A DNA stretch of 64,000 nucleotides from Nitrospirota bacterium (GCA_963663225.1 OY760142.1:256001-320000), one strand, 5' to 3'. Positions 50,135 through 61,118 are shown, numbered from the stretch's first letter. The notes: generated by a model from the letters alone, not told the origin. Numbers and translations: made by a program.

Positions 50135-50922
50135 AAAGCAAAAAAGCCATCATCATCAAAAAGATCATAAAGCGGGGGTCGGAAGGTAGCCACGGCGGAA
50201 GCTGGAAAGTCGCGTATGCCGACTTCGTTACTGCCATGATGGCTTTTTTTCTGCTTCTCTGGCTTTTGAGCATGGTCTCGCAGGATAAACGAATGCGCTT
50301 GTCCGAATATTTCAAAAGCTTCAGTGTTTTTCAGCAGACCGGCACATCCTTTATGGATCGCACCACCGAAATGCTGAAAGAGTCGGGGGAATCTCCCAAA
50401 AAATCCACTCCCGAGGCATCTCCCTCGATTGCGAATACAATGAATGCGACTATGAAAGCGGAGGACGTTAAAGAATCGATCAAAAAAGCCATCGAGCAAA
50501 AGCTTGACGACATCAAGGATCAGGTTTTGGTCGATATCTTTGAAGGAGGGGTACGCATCCAGCTTGTGGACAAGGCGGGCAAACCCATGTTTGAAATAGG
50601 ATCGTCGCACCCCACGCCCCTTGCGATGCGGATACTTCAGGTTATCGGCGACAACATTAAAAATCTCCCGAATCCCGCTTCCGTGGAAGGCCATACTGAC
50701 TCACTGGCGTATAAATCCTCGAACTACGGAAACTGGGAACTGTCCACAGAACGAGCCCTCGCCGCCCGCAAAGAACTGGAGACACTGGGGCTCAGCGCTT
50801 CCCGGCTAACCAGAGTTGCAGGATATGCCGATACCGTGCCTCTGATTAAAGAAGACACAGAAGATCCCCGCAATAGGCGGATAAGCATTATCCTCTTTTT
50901 CCCTCAGAAACAGCCTCAGTAG
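50131..50922 (+). CDS. motB: Flagellar stator B subunit
   Basis: HGGSWKVAYADFVTAMMAFF, EGHTD, NWELS and NRRISI motifs. Confidence 0.95.
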   Translation: MKSKKAIIIKKIIKRGSEGSHGGSWKVAYADFVTAMMAFFLLLWLLSMVSQDKRMRLSEYFKSFSVFQQTGTSFMDRTTEMLKESGESPKKSTPEASPSIANTMNATMKAEDVKESIKKAIEQKLDDIKDQVLVDIFEGGVRIQLVDKAGKPMFEIGSSHPTPLAMRILQVIGDNIKNLPNPASVEGHTDSLAYKSSNYGNWELSTERALAARKELETLGLSASRLTRVAGYADTVPLIKEDTEDPRNRRISIILFFPQKQPQ

Positions 50923-50965
50923 CCGAAGAACGGCTCAGGACCGACTGCTACAAGCGCTGTCGATA

Positions 50966-51466
50966 CTATTCCATATCACCAAGTTTTTTGAGAATTTTTT
51001 TCACAAACACGCTGCCGGTGCGTATGTCGAAAATGATTTTTCGACCGGAGTCCCCCCCTACGTCGGCATTGACAATCGGGATATGTTCTTTTTCCAGTGT
51101 GTCGCGGGCAAAGAGAATGTTTCGCTCGCCGATATTCATGAGCGAGCTTCTCATGGTGAGCACATCGCCTCCGCCGAACACTTTCGCCTGAAGGTTCTTT
51201 TTTGAGGCTCCGACGTGCAGCATTTTCTCAATCAGCTTTGGGATGGCGATGCTTCCGTATTTTGGTGAGGCAAGTCCTTCTCCATTCCAGAATGGAAGCA
51301 TATAGTGGTTCATACCGCCGGTTTTGGTCAGGGGATCCCATAGGCACACGGAGACACAGGAACCGAGAATAGTCGTGATAATGCAGGGGGCATTCTGGAC
51401 ACAAATACTGCCGGACATCAGGAAGTATTGTTTTTGTTCTTTTATGTCAGCTTTCGGAAGTTCCAT
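50966..51466 (-). CDS. cheD: Chemoreceptor glutamine deamidase CheD
   Basis: TILGSCVSVCLWD, GGMNHYMLP, AKVFGG, IGERN and DVGG..GR motifs. Confidence 0.95.
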   Translation of the reverse strand: MELPKADIKEQKQYFLMSGSICVQNAPCIITTILGSCVSVCLWDPLTKTGGMNHYMLPFWNGEGLASPKYGSIAIPKLIEKMLHVGASKKNLQAKVFGGGDVLTMRSSLMNIGERNILFARDTLEKEHIPIVNADVGGDSGRKIIFDIRTGSVFVKKILKKLGDME

Positions 51467-51524
51467 TAAAAAAATATTGTATGCTCAAACAGCCTGCCCA
51501 CGGACTGATGCTGCCGTCCCCGGG

Positions 51525-52421
51525 CTAATATTGCTGTGCGCCGTCGAAAATCCGCTCGTTGCCGTCTTCCGACAGGTCGCGAATTTCGTCGCCCGTTCCG
51601 AGTTCGTTCAGCGTCAGGGTGAAGTTGCATCCCTTTCCCGGAGAGGATGATACCGTTACGTCACCGCCAAGCATGTCTGTGAGTGCTTTTACGATGCTCA
51701 GGCCGAGGCCCTGTCCTTTATGCTTTCTCATAGCCCCGGTATCAAGCTGCGTAAAGCGGTCAAATATCCTGTCTCGGTCTTTTTCCTCAATGCCGATGCC
51801 GGTATCAAGAACGCTCAGTCTCAGCAGTGGCCCGTCCTTTTTGGCAAAAACCTGCACCCTGCCGCCTTCCTGGCCGTACTCTATGGCGTTCGAAAGCAGG
51901 TTGGAAAGGATGCAGGACAGCTTCTCAGGATCTGTATTAAAAAACAGCACTGCTCCCGGTTTCGGCGCTTCCACCGAGCATTCTACCGCTATTTTTTTGT
52001 CCGTTGCCTGATGATGAAATGAATCCATCAGGCTCCAAATCAACCCGTTGATGTCCGTGTGAGAGACATTGACAGAAGCTTCGCCTGCTTCGATTTCTGC
52101 TGCAGTAAAGATATTCACCATCTTGAATTCCAGTTCGAATGCTTCCTTATAGATCAACTCCGCTGCGGTCCTGGCGGACTTCTCGTCAGGAATACCCTTG
52201 CTCAACTGCCGGGACATTCCAAGGATCACCGTCAACGGATTGTTGATTTCATTTCTGATGTTCGAAAGAAAGTTGCTTTTCAGGGATTCCGATTGCCGCA
52301 ATTTTTCATTGACGATCTCAAGCTCTCGGTTCGCGTCTGCGAAATCATTGAGCGTTTTCTTTCGCTCGGCAAGCCGCTTTTTGATCTCCTCGATCAGAAA
52401 ACCATCGCTAACTTCTTTCAC
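51525..52421 (-). CDS. Histidine-kinase-like ATPase lacking the phospho-acceptor His
   Basis: GTG at 52421 with AAGGAGG SD; H-box reads FLSNIRNEINNPL; N, G1, F and G2 boxes intact. Confidence 0.85.
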   Translation of the reverse strand: MKEVSDGFLIEEIKKRLAERKKTLNDFADANRELEIVNEKLRQSESLKSNFLSNIRNEINNPLTVILGMSRQLSKGIPDEKSARTAAELIYKEAFELEFKMVNIFTAAEIEAGEASVNVSHTDINGLIWSLMDSFHHQATDKKIAVECSVEAPKPGAVLFFNTDPEKLSCILSNLLSNAIEYGQEGGRVQVFAKKDGPLLRLSVLDTGIGIEEKDRDRIFDRFTQLDTGAMRKHKGQGLGLSIVKALTDMLGGDVTVSSSPGKGCNFTLTLNELGTGDEIRDLSEDGNERIFDGAQQY

Positions 52422-52498
52422 GTTTTCCTCCTTGCGTATTGCAGAACATCCCATCAACTGTATCCTCATGCATCGGACAGCGGGTCCTGCACGGAGCA

Positions 52499-53560
52499 TC
52501 ATCCCCGCAGCAGACCGATAATATCCCGCTCGCGTTTCATGATATATTTCGCCATATTGTCGGCGTCCCACGGATGCAATCTGAACTCGGCGCCATACTG
52601 ATAGCCTCTGCAGGATTCTTTTTTATGACGGATGGTCCCCCGCGTGATTATGACCGTAAAAGTATCCGGCAGCACAATGGTAAAATAGCAGGAAGTTCCC
52701 GGCGCAATGTCGCGCGGGCACAGAAAACCCACACCCTGCTGGCTAATATCAATCACGGGATAGTTCACCGTCGGTTCATTTGCGATAAGGATGTATAACC
52801 CGACAGGGTCAACCCTGCTCGGCTGAATGCGGATGTCCCGGACAGTAAACATTTTTTCCGGAATGCCGATGGTTATTTCGTTGTCTAATATTGCATCGAT
52901 GCAGGCAATGCCTTCCTTGTTTTCCTGCTTATAGGGGAAAAAGGCCCGGACGCACGTTCCTTTCCTCAGACTCCTGAAAAAAAGCGTATGCTTGAAATTA
53001 TGAAGCACCAGCATGTTGCCACGAATTTCTCTGATCGTACAAATGCCCCGCGCAAGAATAGGGTCGCCGTGTTCCTTCACTTCGAACCCGAGCATAACCG
53101 GCAGTTTATTTTTTATCAGATACGCGGCCAGTTCACGGATTTTCCCCCCGTCTTCAAGGGGTGGTTCATCCGTTTTTCTGGCGTATTCCTTGTCGGGAAG
53201 GCAATCCTGGGGCTCGGCTCCCCTGTTCACAGTTGTGCTGTTCAGAACAAATCGGAGCACTTGTTTTAATTCTTCCGCTTCCAGCCGCTGTAAGTTTAGA
53301 ACAAGAGCATTTGGCAATCCCTGTTCCGCGGGCGAAGAAACGTTTTTGGATGACAGAAATAGCACGCGACGTGCTTCTCCCCGCTCCCTCACGGCATCAT
53401 AAAATGCCCGGCATGCCCCATCCAGCGGCACAACAGCAAGGTCGTCTGGTCCGCTTTCCAGGAGGAAGGATTCTCTGATCTCTCCCTCTTCCCGGATCAT
53501 GACCGGCATGTTTTTTTCAAGATATGAGTTATTTATTTTCGGCGTTGTCCAGATCTGCAT
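52499..53560 (-). CDS. PilZ domain protein
   Basis: C-terminal VIDISQQGVGF, YGAEF and KYIMKRER; RxxxR motif degenerate; start uncertain. Confidence 0.7.
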   Translation of the reverse strand: MQIWTTPKINNSYLEKNMPVMIREEGEIRESFLLESGPDDLAVVPLDGACRAFYDAVRERGEARRVLFLSSKNVSSPAEQGLPNALVLNLQRLEAEELKQVLRFVLNSTTVNRGAEPQDCLPDKEYARKTDEPPLEDGGKIRELAAYLIKNKLPVMLGFEVKEHGDPILARGICTIREIRGNMLVLHNFKHTLFFRSLRKGTCVRAFFPYKQENKEGIACIDAILDNEITIGIPEKMFTVRDIRIQPSRVDPVGLYILIANEPTVNYPVIDISQQGVGFLCPRDIAPGTSCYFTIVLPDTFTVIITRGTIRHKKESCRGYQYGAEFRLHPWDADNMAKYIMKRERDIIGLLRG

Positions 53561-53615
53561 AGTTCATCCATGAATAGTCTATTGTATGTATTATCGCGTG
53601 CAATCAGCGGAGGAA

Positions 53616-54704
53616 TTATGCACATTCCTGCAGGACCGCGGCGGAGATTCTGTTCAGCGGAAGGACTTTGTCCACAGCACCCAGTTCGATGGCTTTCATG
53701 GGCATCCCGAAGACCACGCAGGTTGCTTCATCCTGAGCGATATTGGTCGCTCCTGCTTCTTTCATTTCCAGCATGCCTTTTGCTCCGTCATCTCCCATGC
53801 CGGTCATAATCACGCCGACGGCGTTTTTCCCCGCATACCGCGCCGCGGAACGGAACAGAACGTCCACCGACGGGCGGTGGCGGCTGACAAGGGGGCCGTC
53901 CTTTATTTCCACAAAATAGCGGGCACCACTTCGCTTCAGCAGCAAATGATGATTTCCCGCTGCAATAAGAGCACGGCCCCGGATCACGGTGTCCCCGTTT
54001 TCAGCCTCTTTTACCGAAATCCGGCATGTCGAGTCAAGGCGCGTAGCGAACGCTTTTGTGAAATGCTCAGGCATATGCTGAACGATCACAATGCCCGGCG
54101 TATCGAGCGGCATGGATTCAAGGAAACTCTTCAGGGCCTCCGTGCCCCCTGTCGACGCTCCGACAACCACCACTTTCTCCGTCGTCCGAATCATCGCCTC
54201 GCTTGTCGCCGAGGCCTTTGCAATAACCACGTCAGCCGTAAGCTTTGGAGTAACCTGATGCGCATGGGACGAAATGCGCTTCACATTTGCAGCCGCAGCG
54301 GCCTTCACGGCATCACAGATGCGTATCCGAGATTCTTCCAGATAGATTTTTGTTCCGAGACGGGGTTTTGTAATAATATCGACAGCACCATATTCCAGCG
54401 CTTTCATGGCCGTTTCGGATCCCTCATCCGCAAGACTCGAACAGATCACCACCGGTATCGGGTGCTGGCTCATGATCTTCTGCAGAAAGGTTATCCCATC
54501 CATGCGGGGCATTTCCACATCAAGCGTTATGACGTCCGGTACCTGGTGCCGGATTTTTTCCGCCGCTATGAACGGATCCGGGGCCGTGGCCATAATCTGG
54601 ATATCGGGGTCTGACGATAAAATTTCCTGCAGCGTCTGCCTGACCACCGCTGAATCGTCGACAATCAGCACGTTGATTTTATTATTCATATAATTGGCCC
54701 TCAA
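53616..54704 (-). CDS. cheB: Chemotaxis methylesterase CheB
   Basis: Receiver domain plus GASTGG, VQHMP and MTGMGDDGA motifs. Confidence 0.97.
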   Translation of the reverse strand: MRANYMNNKINVLIVDDSAVVRQTLQEILSSDPDIQIMATAPDPFIAAEKIRHQVPDVITLDVEMPRMDGITFLQKIMSQHPIPVVICSSLADEGSETAMKALEYGAVDIITKPRLGTKIYLEESRIRICDAVKAAAAANVKRISSHAHQVTPKLTADVVIAKASATSEAMIRTTEKVVVVGASTGGTEALKSFLESMPLDTPGIVIVQHMPEHFTKAFATRLDSTCRISVKEAENGDTVIRGRALIAAGNHHLLLKRSGARYFVEIKDGPLVSRHRPSVDVLFRSAARYAGKNAVGVIMTGMGDDGAKGMLEMKEAGATNIAQDEATCVVFGMPMKAIELGAVDKVLPLNRISAAVLQECA

Positions 54705-54754
54705 AATTGCCGCTTGATTGCTTTTCGGGCCCCTCCTTCCGAAAGCATCCGTTT

Positions 54755-55612
54755 TTATGCCTCTTTACGGTAAATCGTTGACGAAATACGCGTAAACGGA
54801 AGTGCAAAACCGTGTATCGTTTCGGAATGTCCCAGGAATAAATAACCGCCCGGCTTCAAATACGAGCAAAGTTTTGTCAGCAGCTCCTCCTGTGTCTTCC
54901 GGTCGAAATAAATAATTACATTCCGGCAGAAAATGACATGTATTGACTCCGGAGCCATGAGCCTTGCATCCATAAGATTCAATCTCTGGAACTGGACGCG
55001 CGCTCTTAATTCCGGCGAGATGCGTACAAGTCCTTTCTGCCGGTCTTTGCCCCGGAGCAGATATTTTTTTTTCATTTCGTACGGAATGCCTGCTGTCTGA
55101 TCTTCCTCGTAGATGGCAATGCGCGCTTTTTCAAGCACTTTGGTCGATATGTCGGTGGCAAGAATGGAATAATGAAAATCGGTACAGTGCGATGAAAAAT
55201 CATTCAGGACCATCGCCATGGTGTAGGGTTCTTCACCTGACGAGCAGGCCGCACTCCAAATCGTGAATTTTTCCGACCGTTCCGTCTTTACATATTCCGG
55301 CAGAAGGGTATCGGTGAGAAAATTAAAGTGGACCGGTTCCCTGAAAAAATCCGTTTTGTTCGTGGTCACGCAGTCTATCATGTGCACATATTCGCTTTCC
55401 CTGTGGGGAGAGTCGAACAGATAGTCGCAGTAGTCCTTATACGAAGTGATCCCAAGGCTGCGAAGGCGCTTTTGGAGACGCGCTTCCAGCATGACCTTTT
55501 TGACCGGGGGCATCTTAATGCCGCAGTGATCATAAATGAACTCGCTCAAGCGCTGAAAATCAGCATGCGTCATGGCCAGCTGTGATTGTGTCGGTTTTAA
55601 TACGTCACCCAT
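54755..55612 (-). CDS. cheR: Chemotaxis methyltransferase CheR
   Basis: [23 protein letters not shown] and [10 protein letters not shown] motifs. Confidence 0.97.
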   Translation of the reverse strand: MGDVLKPTQSQLAMTHADFQRLSEFIYDHCGIKMPPVKKVMLEARLQKRLRSLGITSYKDYCDYLFDSPHRESEYVHMIDCVTTNKTDFFREPVHFNFLTDTLLPEYVKTERSEKFTIWSAACSSGEEPYTMAMVLNDFSSHCTDFHYSILATDISTKVLEKARIAIYEEDQTAGIPYEMKKKYLLRGKDRQKGLVRISPELRARVQFQRLNLMDARLMAPESIHVIFCRNVIIYFDRKTQEELLTKLCSYLKPGGYLFLGHSETIHGFALPFTRISSTIYRKEA

Positions 55613-55707
55613 GCCTGTATCCGTTCTGCAGGAAAAAGCGCTCTACCCGGATGGACCTCTGGAACAGGGTGGATCCGAACGATAGGCACACTGTTCTCCA
55701 TACAATC

Positions 55708-56133
55708 TTATGCTGTGTGCTCTACTACTATGCCGGACGCATGTATGTGCTGGTAGCAGCCGGCAGGAATATCTTTTGTAAGCGCTTTGTCCACGACTCT
55801 CCTGAGTTCCTTCAAAGCAACCGGTTTAATAAGGTATTCAAACACTCCGAGGCTGAGCGCTTTTAGGTACGCTTCGATGGAGCCGCACTCTGTTACCATA
55901 ATTACGGGAACGGAGGGTGTGCTCCTCTTGACTGATCGCAGAAGATCGAGCCTTTCCTGTCCGTCGGCCCGGCATGCGAGTATAATAATATCGAGCGGCA
56001 TGCCTTCATGGAAGACGGACAGGGCTGCATTTTCATCTTCTACGGCTATGACCATGTGTTCAGGTCCGGTTACAATCTCTGATATCTCTCCGGAGTTGTC
56101 CGAAGTACTTCCTACTACAAGAATTGTTTTCAT
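55708..56133 (-). CDS. Atypical receiver-domain protein
   Basis: Receiver fold (PVIMVT, YLIKP), but the acidic pocket reads VVGS and the phospho-Asp position reads IIILA. Confidence 0.75.
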   Translation of the reverse strand: MKTILVVGSTSDNSGEISEIVTGPEHMVIAVEDENAALSVFHEGMPLDIIILACRADGQERLDLLRSVKRSTPSVPVIMVTECGSIEAYLKALSLGVFEYLIKPVALKELRRVVDKALTKDIPAGCYQHIHASGIVVEHTA

Positions 56134-56202
56134 ATTCTCCCTGACCGGGAAACACGCCGTTATTCTGTTTTTCAGAATTTCATCCGGTGCTCTCACCGCG
56201 TT

Positions 56203-56697
56203 CTACGCCGCGCCGGCCTGCGTTGACTGCACCAGTGCGATGTCTTCCGTCGAAAATACCTTGTCGATATCAAGAAGAATAAGGAACCGCTCGTTTTGTT
56301 TTCCCATTCCTTTAATGAACTCTGTTTTCAGCCGCAGCCCGATTTTCGGTGCAGGTTCAATCTGGCCGGATTCGAGCTCAATAACCTCCTGCACCGAATC
56401 AGCAAGCGCACCCAGGATCGTTGTTTCATTGTCCACGGTCACTTCTGTGATAATGATGCATGTGTTCACGGTTTTTTCTGTTTTCGACAGGCCAAATTTC
56501 AGCCGAAGGTCAACAACCGGCACCACACTCCCCCGGAGGTTAATCACTCCCCGCATGAACTCGGGCGTTCTCGGCACTTTGGTAACTGAGGTAAAATCAA
56601 GCACTTCCCTGACTTTCGCGATGTCGACAGCGAACACTTCATCATCCAGCTTAAAGGTCAGGTATTGGGTGGATTCCGCAATCCCAGCCATACTCAT
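56203..56697 (-). CDS. cheW: Chemotaxis coupling protein CheW
   Basis: QYLTFKL and GVINLRGSVVPVVDLR motifs; SD AGGAGG before the ATG at 56697. Confidence 0.96.
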   Translation of the reverse strand: MSMAGIAESTQYLTFKLDDEVFAVDIAKVREVLDFTSVTKVPRTPEFMRGVINLRGSVVPVVDLRLKFGLSKTEKTVNTCIIITEVTVDNETTILGALADSVQEVIELESGQIEPAPKIGLRLKTEFIKGMGKQNERFLILLDIDKVFSTEDIALVQSTQAGAA

Positions 56698-56781
56698 AAT
56701 GTCCTCCTGTACAAACCGGCCGTCGTTTTGATGAGGCAGATGCCGCACCAGTTTTCCGGCGGCCGATGTCGGTACCACGCT

Positions 56782-58476
56782 TTAGAATTTTTCAAACTCC
56801 GCGTCCCGCGCGTCGCCATTTCCTTTTACCATGTTCAATGCCACTCCCGCAGGTTTGGCCGCAGATTGCGCCTGGGCAGCCGCCGGTTTGTGCTCCAGAT
56901 GAGCCGCGCTCAGCTGACGTGCCGGTTCAACCGGTTTTTGAACAATGGTTTTTCTCGCCCTTTGTGCTTTCTCGTCAAGTTTGAAGAACGAGATCGTATC
57001 CTGGAGCTGTTCTGCCTGCGAGGAAAGCTCTTCCGCCGTGGAAGCCATCTCCTCCGCTGCGCTCGCGTTCTGTTGAATGACCTGGTTCAATTGCTGGATA
57101 GCGGCATTGATCTGATCGGAACCCGTGGTCTGTTCCTTCGACGCGGCGTTGATTTCCTGCACCAGTTCCGCCGTTTTCTGGATGTCCGGCACCAGTTTGG
57201 TAAGCATCTCGCCGGCCCGTTCGGCGACCTGCACGCTTGTTCCCGACAGGTTGCTGATTTCCGCAGCCGCGGTCTGGCTCCGCTCCGCGAGTTTCCTTAC
57301 CTCTGCGGCAACAACGGCAAACCCTTTCCCGTGTTCGCCGGCCCGCGCAGCTTCGATGGCGGCATTCAATGCAAGAAGGTTGGTCTGGCGTGCGATCTCT
57401 TCAATAATCGATATCTTGCTGGCGATCTCTTTCATTGCGATTACTGATTCAGCCACGGCTTTGCCGCTCTCGGAAGCGTCCGCCGAGGACTTCAGCGCGA
57501 TTTTTTCGGTCTGCTGTGCGTTGTCCGCATTCTGTCTTATCGTGGCGTTCATTTCTTCTACTGATGACGAGGCTTCTTCCGCAGATGCCGCCTGTTCGGT
57601 CGTTCCCTGAGACATCTGTTCGGAACCCGATGAAAGCTGCTGGCTGCCGGATGCCACATTATCCGAGGCAGTCTGCACATCCGCCACTACTTTCTTAAGT
57701 TGTTCGATCATGCTGTTCATTGCGCCTGCCATCTGGCCCACTTCATCCTTGCTGTCGACATCGAGGTTTCTGGTAAGATCGCCCGCGGCAATATTGTTGG
57801 CCACGCCGACCGCCTTGCTCAACGGCTGGGTTATTCCACGCGTAATCAGAAGTGCCGCGACGATGCCCAGAATAAGCGATACAGCGCAAATAACGCCTAT
57901 AAATAATTTTGCCCCGCTGTATGCTTTTTCCGCATTGTCGATCGCAGCCACATTGAGACCATGCTGAGCTTTGCTCAAGTCGCTGAGATCATCCAGCAAT
58001 TTCCGCTGGACCGGTCGTACTTCAGCAAGGAGTACTGAGGCCGCTTCTGCTTTTTTTCTGGCCTGAGCATAATCGATGACTTTGCGCATGGTGCCTTCCT
58101 TAGCCTTAGCGGCATCACTGATCTTAGCAAAAGCCTCTTTTCCTTTTTCCGTTACCAGCATGCCCGCAAGCTTTGATTTCGCCTCTTCAAAGCGCTTGCC
58201 GCCGTCCTCAATGCGCTTCTGCATTGCCTGAATTTCAGCGGTATCGGTCACCAGGATCATATTCCGTATTGCAATGGCTTCATCATTCACCGCCGTTGAC
58301 ATTCCTTCTATTAAATTCATTTTGACGATATTTTTGTCGGTTATATCTCTCAGATTGCTGTTAATCACCGCCATCCGTGATATACCGACTACGGCCATCA
58401 CCAGAATCAAGGCGATAAGCAAACCGAAGCTTGCCCCCAACCGTACACCTATTTTTGCATTTTTAAGAACTGACAT
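56782..58476 (-). CDS. Methyl-accepting chemotaxis protein (TM, 4HB-like sensor, TM, HAMP, signalling domain)
   Basis: [30 protein letters not shown]; HAMP motif DEVG; C-terminal EFEKF. Confidence 0.96.
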   Translation of the reverse strand: MSVLKNAKIGVRLGASFGLLIALILVMAVVGISRMAVINSNLRDITDKNIVKMNLIEGMSTAVNDEAIAIRNMILVTDTAEIQAMQKRIEDGGKRFEEAKSKLAGMLVTEKGKEAFAKISDAAKAKEGTMRKVIDYAQARKKAEAASVLLAEVRPVQRKLLDDLSDLSKAQHGLNVAAIDNAEKAYSGAKLFIGVICAVSLILGIVAALLITRGITQPLSKAVGVANNIAAGDLTRNLDVDSKDEVGQMAGAMNSMIEQLKKVVADVQTASDNVASGSQQLSSGSEQMSQGTTEQAASAEEASSSVEEMNATIRQNADNAQQTEKIALKSSADASESGKAVAESVIAMKEIASKISIIEEIARQTNLLALNAAIEAARAGEHGKGFAVVAAEVRKLAERSQTAAAEISNLSGTSVQVAERAGEMLTKLVPDIQKTAELVQEINAASKEQTTGSDQINAAIQQLNQVIQQNASAAEEMASTAEELSSQAEQLQDTISFFKLDEKAQRARKTIVQKPVEPARQLSAAHLEHKPAAAQAQSAAKPAGVALNMVKGNGDARDAEFEKF

Positions 58477-58590
58477 AATTCCCTCCTTGGTTCTTCGATT
58501 GTTTAATCGTGTTCTCTATACAAAACAGCCGCTTTTCCTGCGACAACTCCGTCATAGCGGCTACTGCAGCACTGTTCACGCATGCTTACA

Positions 58591-60729
58591 TCAGGACACG
58601 TCACCTCCTCTGGCAAGAAGGTTTTCCTGCTGTTCAGCCAATCGGACGAGGTTCGGAATATCAAGGATCAGCGCAACGGTTCCATTGCCCAGTATTGTTG
58701 CTCCCGACACTCCTTCCACATCCTGGTAAAATTTCCCGAGTGATTTCAGAACAGTCTGGTGCTCTCCGATGATCGTATCGACCACAAAACCTACTCTCTG
58801 ATTTTCCACTCTCGTGATTACGATCTGCTCAATGTCAGGACCCTTTCCCCCGATCCTGAATTGCTCTCGAAGCCGTACATATGGCACAATCTGTCCCCGC
58901 ACGTTGGCTACATGTCTTCCGTGCGCGCTTTCAATGTCTTTCCGGGTCAGCTCCACGCATTCCTCAACCATCGTCAGCGGGAAGATGAAGTTTTCAGCGC
59001 CGATTCTTGTCAGGAATCCGTCTATGATGGCAAGCGTCAGCGGGAGATTCAGGGTGATCGTGGTCCCGACGCCGCGCGCGCTGCTGACATCGATTGTGCC
59101 CCGAAGTGAATCAATGGTTTTCTTCACGACATCCATTCCCACGCCGCGTCCGGAGACACTGGTAATCTCTTGCGCTGTAGAAAAACCGGGTGCAAAAATC
59201 AACGAGAACAGTTCTTGTTCGCTCAGCTCTGCTTCTGCACTGAGAAGTTTTCGTTCGATTGCTTTGGAGCGGATGGCGGCGGTATCGAGTCCCTTGCCGT
59301 CATCCCTGATGCGGATTACGACATTGGGTCCGGAATGCGATGCGGAGAGATGGAGGGTCCCCTGCCGCGTTTTTCCCAGCGATTCGCGCACTTCGGGTTT
59401 TTCAATTCCATGGTCGATACTGTTTCTGATCAAATGCACCAGCGGATCGCTCAGACGCTCGATCACGGTTTTGTCCATCTCCGTTTCCGCACCTTCGGTG
59501 GTAAGTTCGATTTCTTTGGATAGTTCCTGGGAGAGATTGCGGACAAGCCGTTTGAATTTGCTGAACGTCGTTCCGATGGGCAGCATGCGGATGTTCATCG
59601 TATTGTCGCGAAGGTTTGTGGTCAATCGCTCGATTTCCTCGGCGATCGAGACAAACTCGGGAATCTGCCGGGTAAATGCCGTCTGGCTGAGGCGGGCCTG
59701 CACGGTCACCAGTTCTCCCACCAGGTTCACTAAGGTGTCCAGCTTTTCCGTCGAAACGCGGATACTGGACGTCATATCGGCTTCTTGCCGCTTCTCCCGG
59801 GCTTCGCGCACGGCCTGCTGTTCTGCCAACGCGGATTCAATTTTGTTTCCGGCCACAAGGCCGTTTTCCACCAGTATTTCTCCAAAACGCTTTTTTGCCT
59901 TCAATACCAACTGGAGATCCGGAGCGGTGAGGTCACCGCGCTCCAGGAGAATATCGCCTAATTTTTTATACGAAACTTCATCATCCAGGACTCCATCCTC
60001 GTCGATGACCTCGATTTTCAGTTCGCAATCATCTTTGACGAAAATAAACACGTCCTGAATGGCATTGACGCCCCGATCAGTGGTCAGGATTATGTCCCAA
60101 TAGGTGTAGCAAAGTTCCGGATTATTGTCTGCCAGAGGTGGAATATCATCGGTTTGGGCTACAACCCTGCAGGAACCAAGCTGACGGAGTTCTTCCAGCA
60201 TCAGAAGAGGATCTATGCCGAGCATGAAAATATTCTGATTTGGTCGGAACCGGATGCGGTACGTAACGTTTTTTTCACCTGATTCTTTTGAGGATTCCGT
60301 GTCTTCGTGAACAGAAGCGGCAGGAGCGTTCTGCTCGTCCAGTGAAGGAACGAGTTTTCTGAGGGAAATAAGGATGCTGCGGGCTTTTGTGGCGTCTACC
60401 GTGCCGCCGTAATAATAAGCATCAAGCATCGCCTTTATATGGTCCCGCGCCGCAAGCGTTAAATCAATAAGTTCTTTTGATGCCGCCATTTTCCCTTTTC
60501 TGACCAGGTCAAGGGCGGTTTCGATGTCATGGGTAAACGATGCCACATCGTGAAATTCGCACGTTGCACCGGAACCTTTAATCGTATGCATGGCTCGAAA
60601 GGCCCGGGCAATTAGCTCCTGGTCCTGGGGGGTCTTCTCAAGCTCAAGCAGGGATGCTTCGAGTTCGGCCAGAAGTTCATACACTTCTTCCTTGAATGTC
60701 TCACGGAGCTTGCCAATGATATCTTCCAT
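58591..60729 (-). CDS. cheA: Chemotaxis histidine kinase CheA
   Basis: Hpt FRAMHTIKG, HLIRNSIDHGIE, SGRGVGMDVV and a C-terminal CheW domain. Confidence 0.97.
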   Translation of the reverse strand: MEDIIGKLRETFKEEVYELLAELEASLLELEKTPQDQELIARAFRAMHTIKGSGATCEFHDVASFTHDIETALDLVRKGKMAASKELIDLTLAARDHIKAMLDAYYYGGTVDATKARSILISLRKLVPSLDEQNAPAASVHEDTESSKESGEKNVTYRIRFRPNQNIFMLGIDPLLMLEELRQLGSCRVVAQTDDIPPLADNNPELCYTYWDIILTTDRGVNAIQDVFIFVKDDCELKIEVIDEDGVLDDEVSYKKLGDILLERGDLTAPDLQLVLKAKKRFGEILVENGLVAGNKIESALAEQQAVREAREKRQEADMTSSIRVSTEKLDTLVNLVGELVTVQARLSQTAFTRQIPEFVSIAEEIERLTTNLRDNTMNIRMLPIGTTFSKFKRLVRNLSQELSKEIELTTEGAETEMDKTVIERLSDPLVHLIRNSIDHGIEKPEVRESLGKTRQGTLHLSASHSGPNVVIRIRDDGKGLDTAAIRSKAIERKLLSAEAELSEQELFSLIFAPGFSTAQEITSVSGRGVGMDVVKKTIDSLRGTIDVSSARGVGTTITLNLPLTLAIIDGFLTRIGAENFIFPLTMVEECVELTRKDIESAHGRHVANVRGQIVPYVRLREQFRIGGKGPDIEQIVITRVENQRVGFVVDTIIGEHQTVLKSLGKFYQDVEGVSGATILGNGTVALILDIPNLVRLAEQQENLLARGGDVS

Positions 60730-60746
60730 AGCGTCCTCTATGTCTG

Positions 60747-61118
60747 TTAGTGAACGTCGCCGGGTACTGCATCCTGAACCCAAAAACAGCTTTTCTGATC
60801 ATCCTGACGGCACCCGGTCAAACGATCGTATCCTGCCTCTGCTATAATTTTTTTCATTGCATCCGGCAGCAGACCGGCGCAAAAAAGCCGCTTGCCCGCT
60901 AGCGTGATGGAACGATGAATCGAACAGATCAGCTGCAACCCGGCCAGATCAACAGTCGTTACAGCGGCGCACTGCATAATGATCTCGTCCGCCTCATCCA
61001 GCGTTTTCAACAAAATGTCCTTGATCTCAGCGGCATACCGCACCGTTATCTCGCCATCGAGTATTATCGTTCCTTTTCGGTCCGTGACATCAACACGTGC
61101 CCCCATAAGCCTCTTCAC
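60747..61118 (-). CDS. STAS domain protein
   Basis: LDGEIT and VTTVDLAGLQLI motifs; lies between cheY and cheA. Confidence 0.85.
   Translation of the reverse strand: MKRLMGARVDVTDRKGTIILDGEITVRYAAEIKDILLKTLDEADEIIMQCAAVTTVDLAGLQLICSIHRSITLAGKRLFCAGLLPDAMKKIIAEAGYDRLTGCRQDDQKSCFWVQDAVPGDVH

Noticed and set aside
52422-52571. N-terminal extension of the kinase-like ORF
   Set aside because: It overlaps the PilZ gene, and a strong SD precedes the GTG at 52421.
53586-54614. 342-aa plus-strand ORF
   Set aside because: Antisense shadow of cheB with no recognisable motifs.
55787-56731. 314-aa plus-strand ORF
   Set aside because: Antisense to cheW and the atypical receiver; no domain signal.
58814-60058. 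414-aa plus-strand ORF
   Set aside because: Antisense shadow of cheA; Ser-rich composition is typical of a reverse frame.
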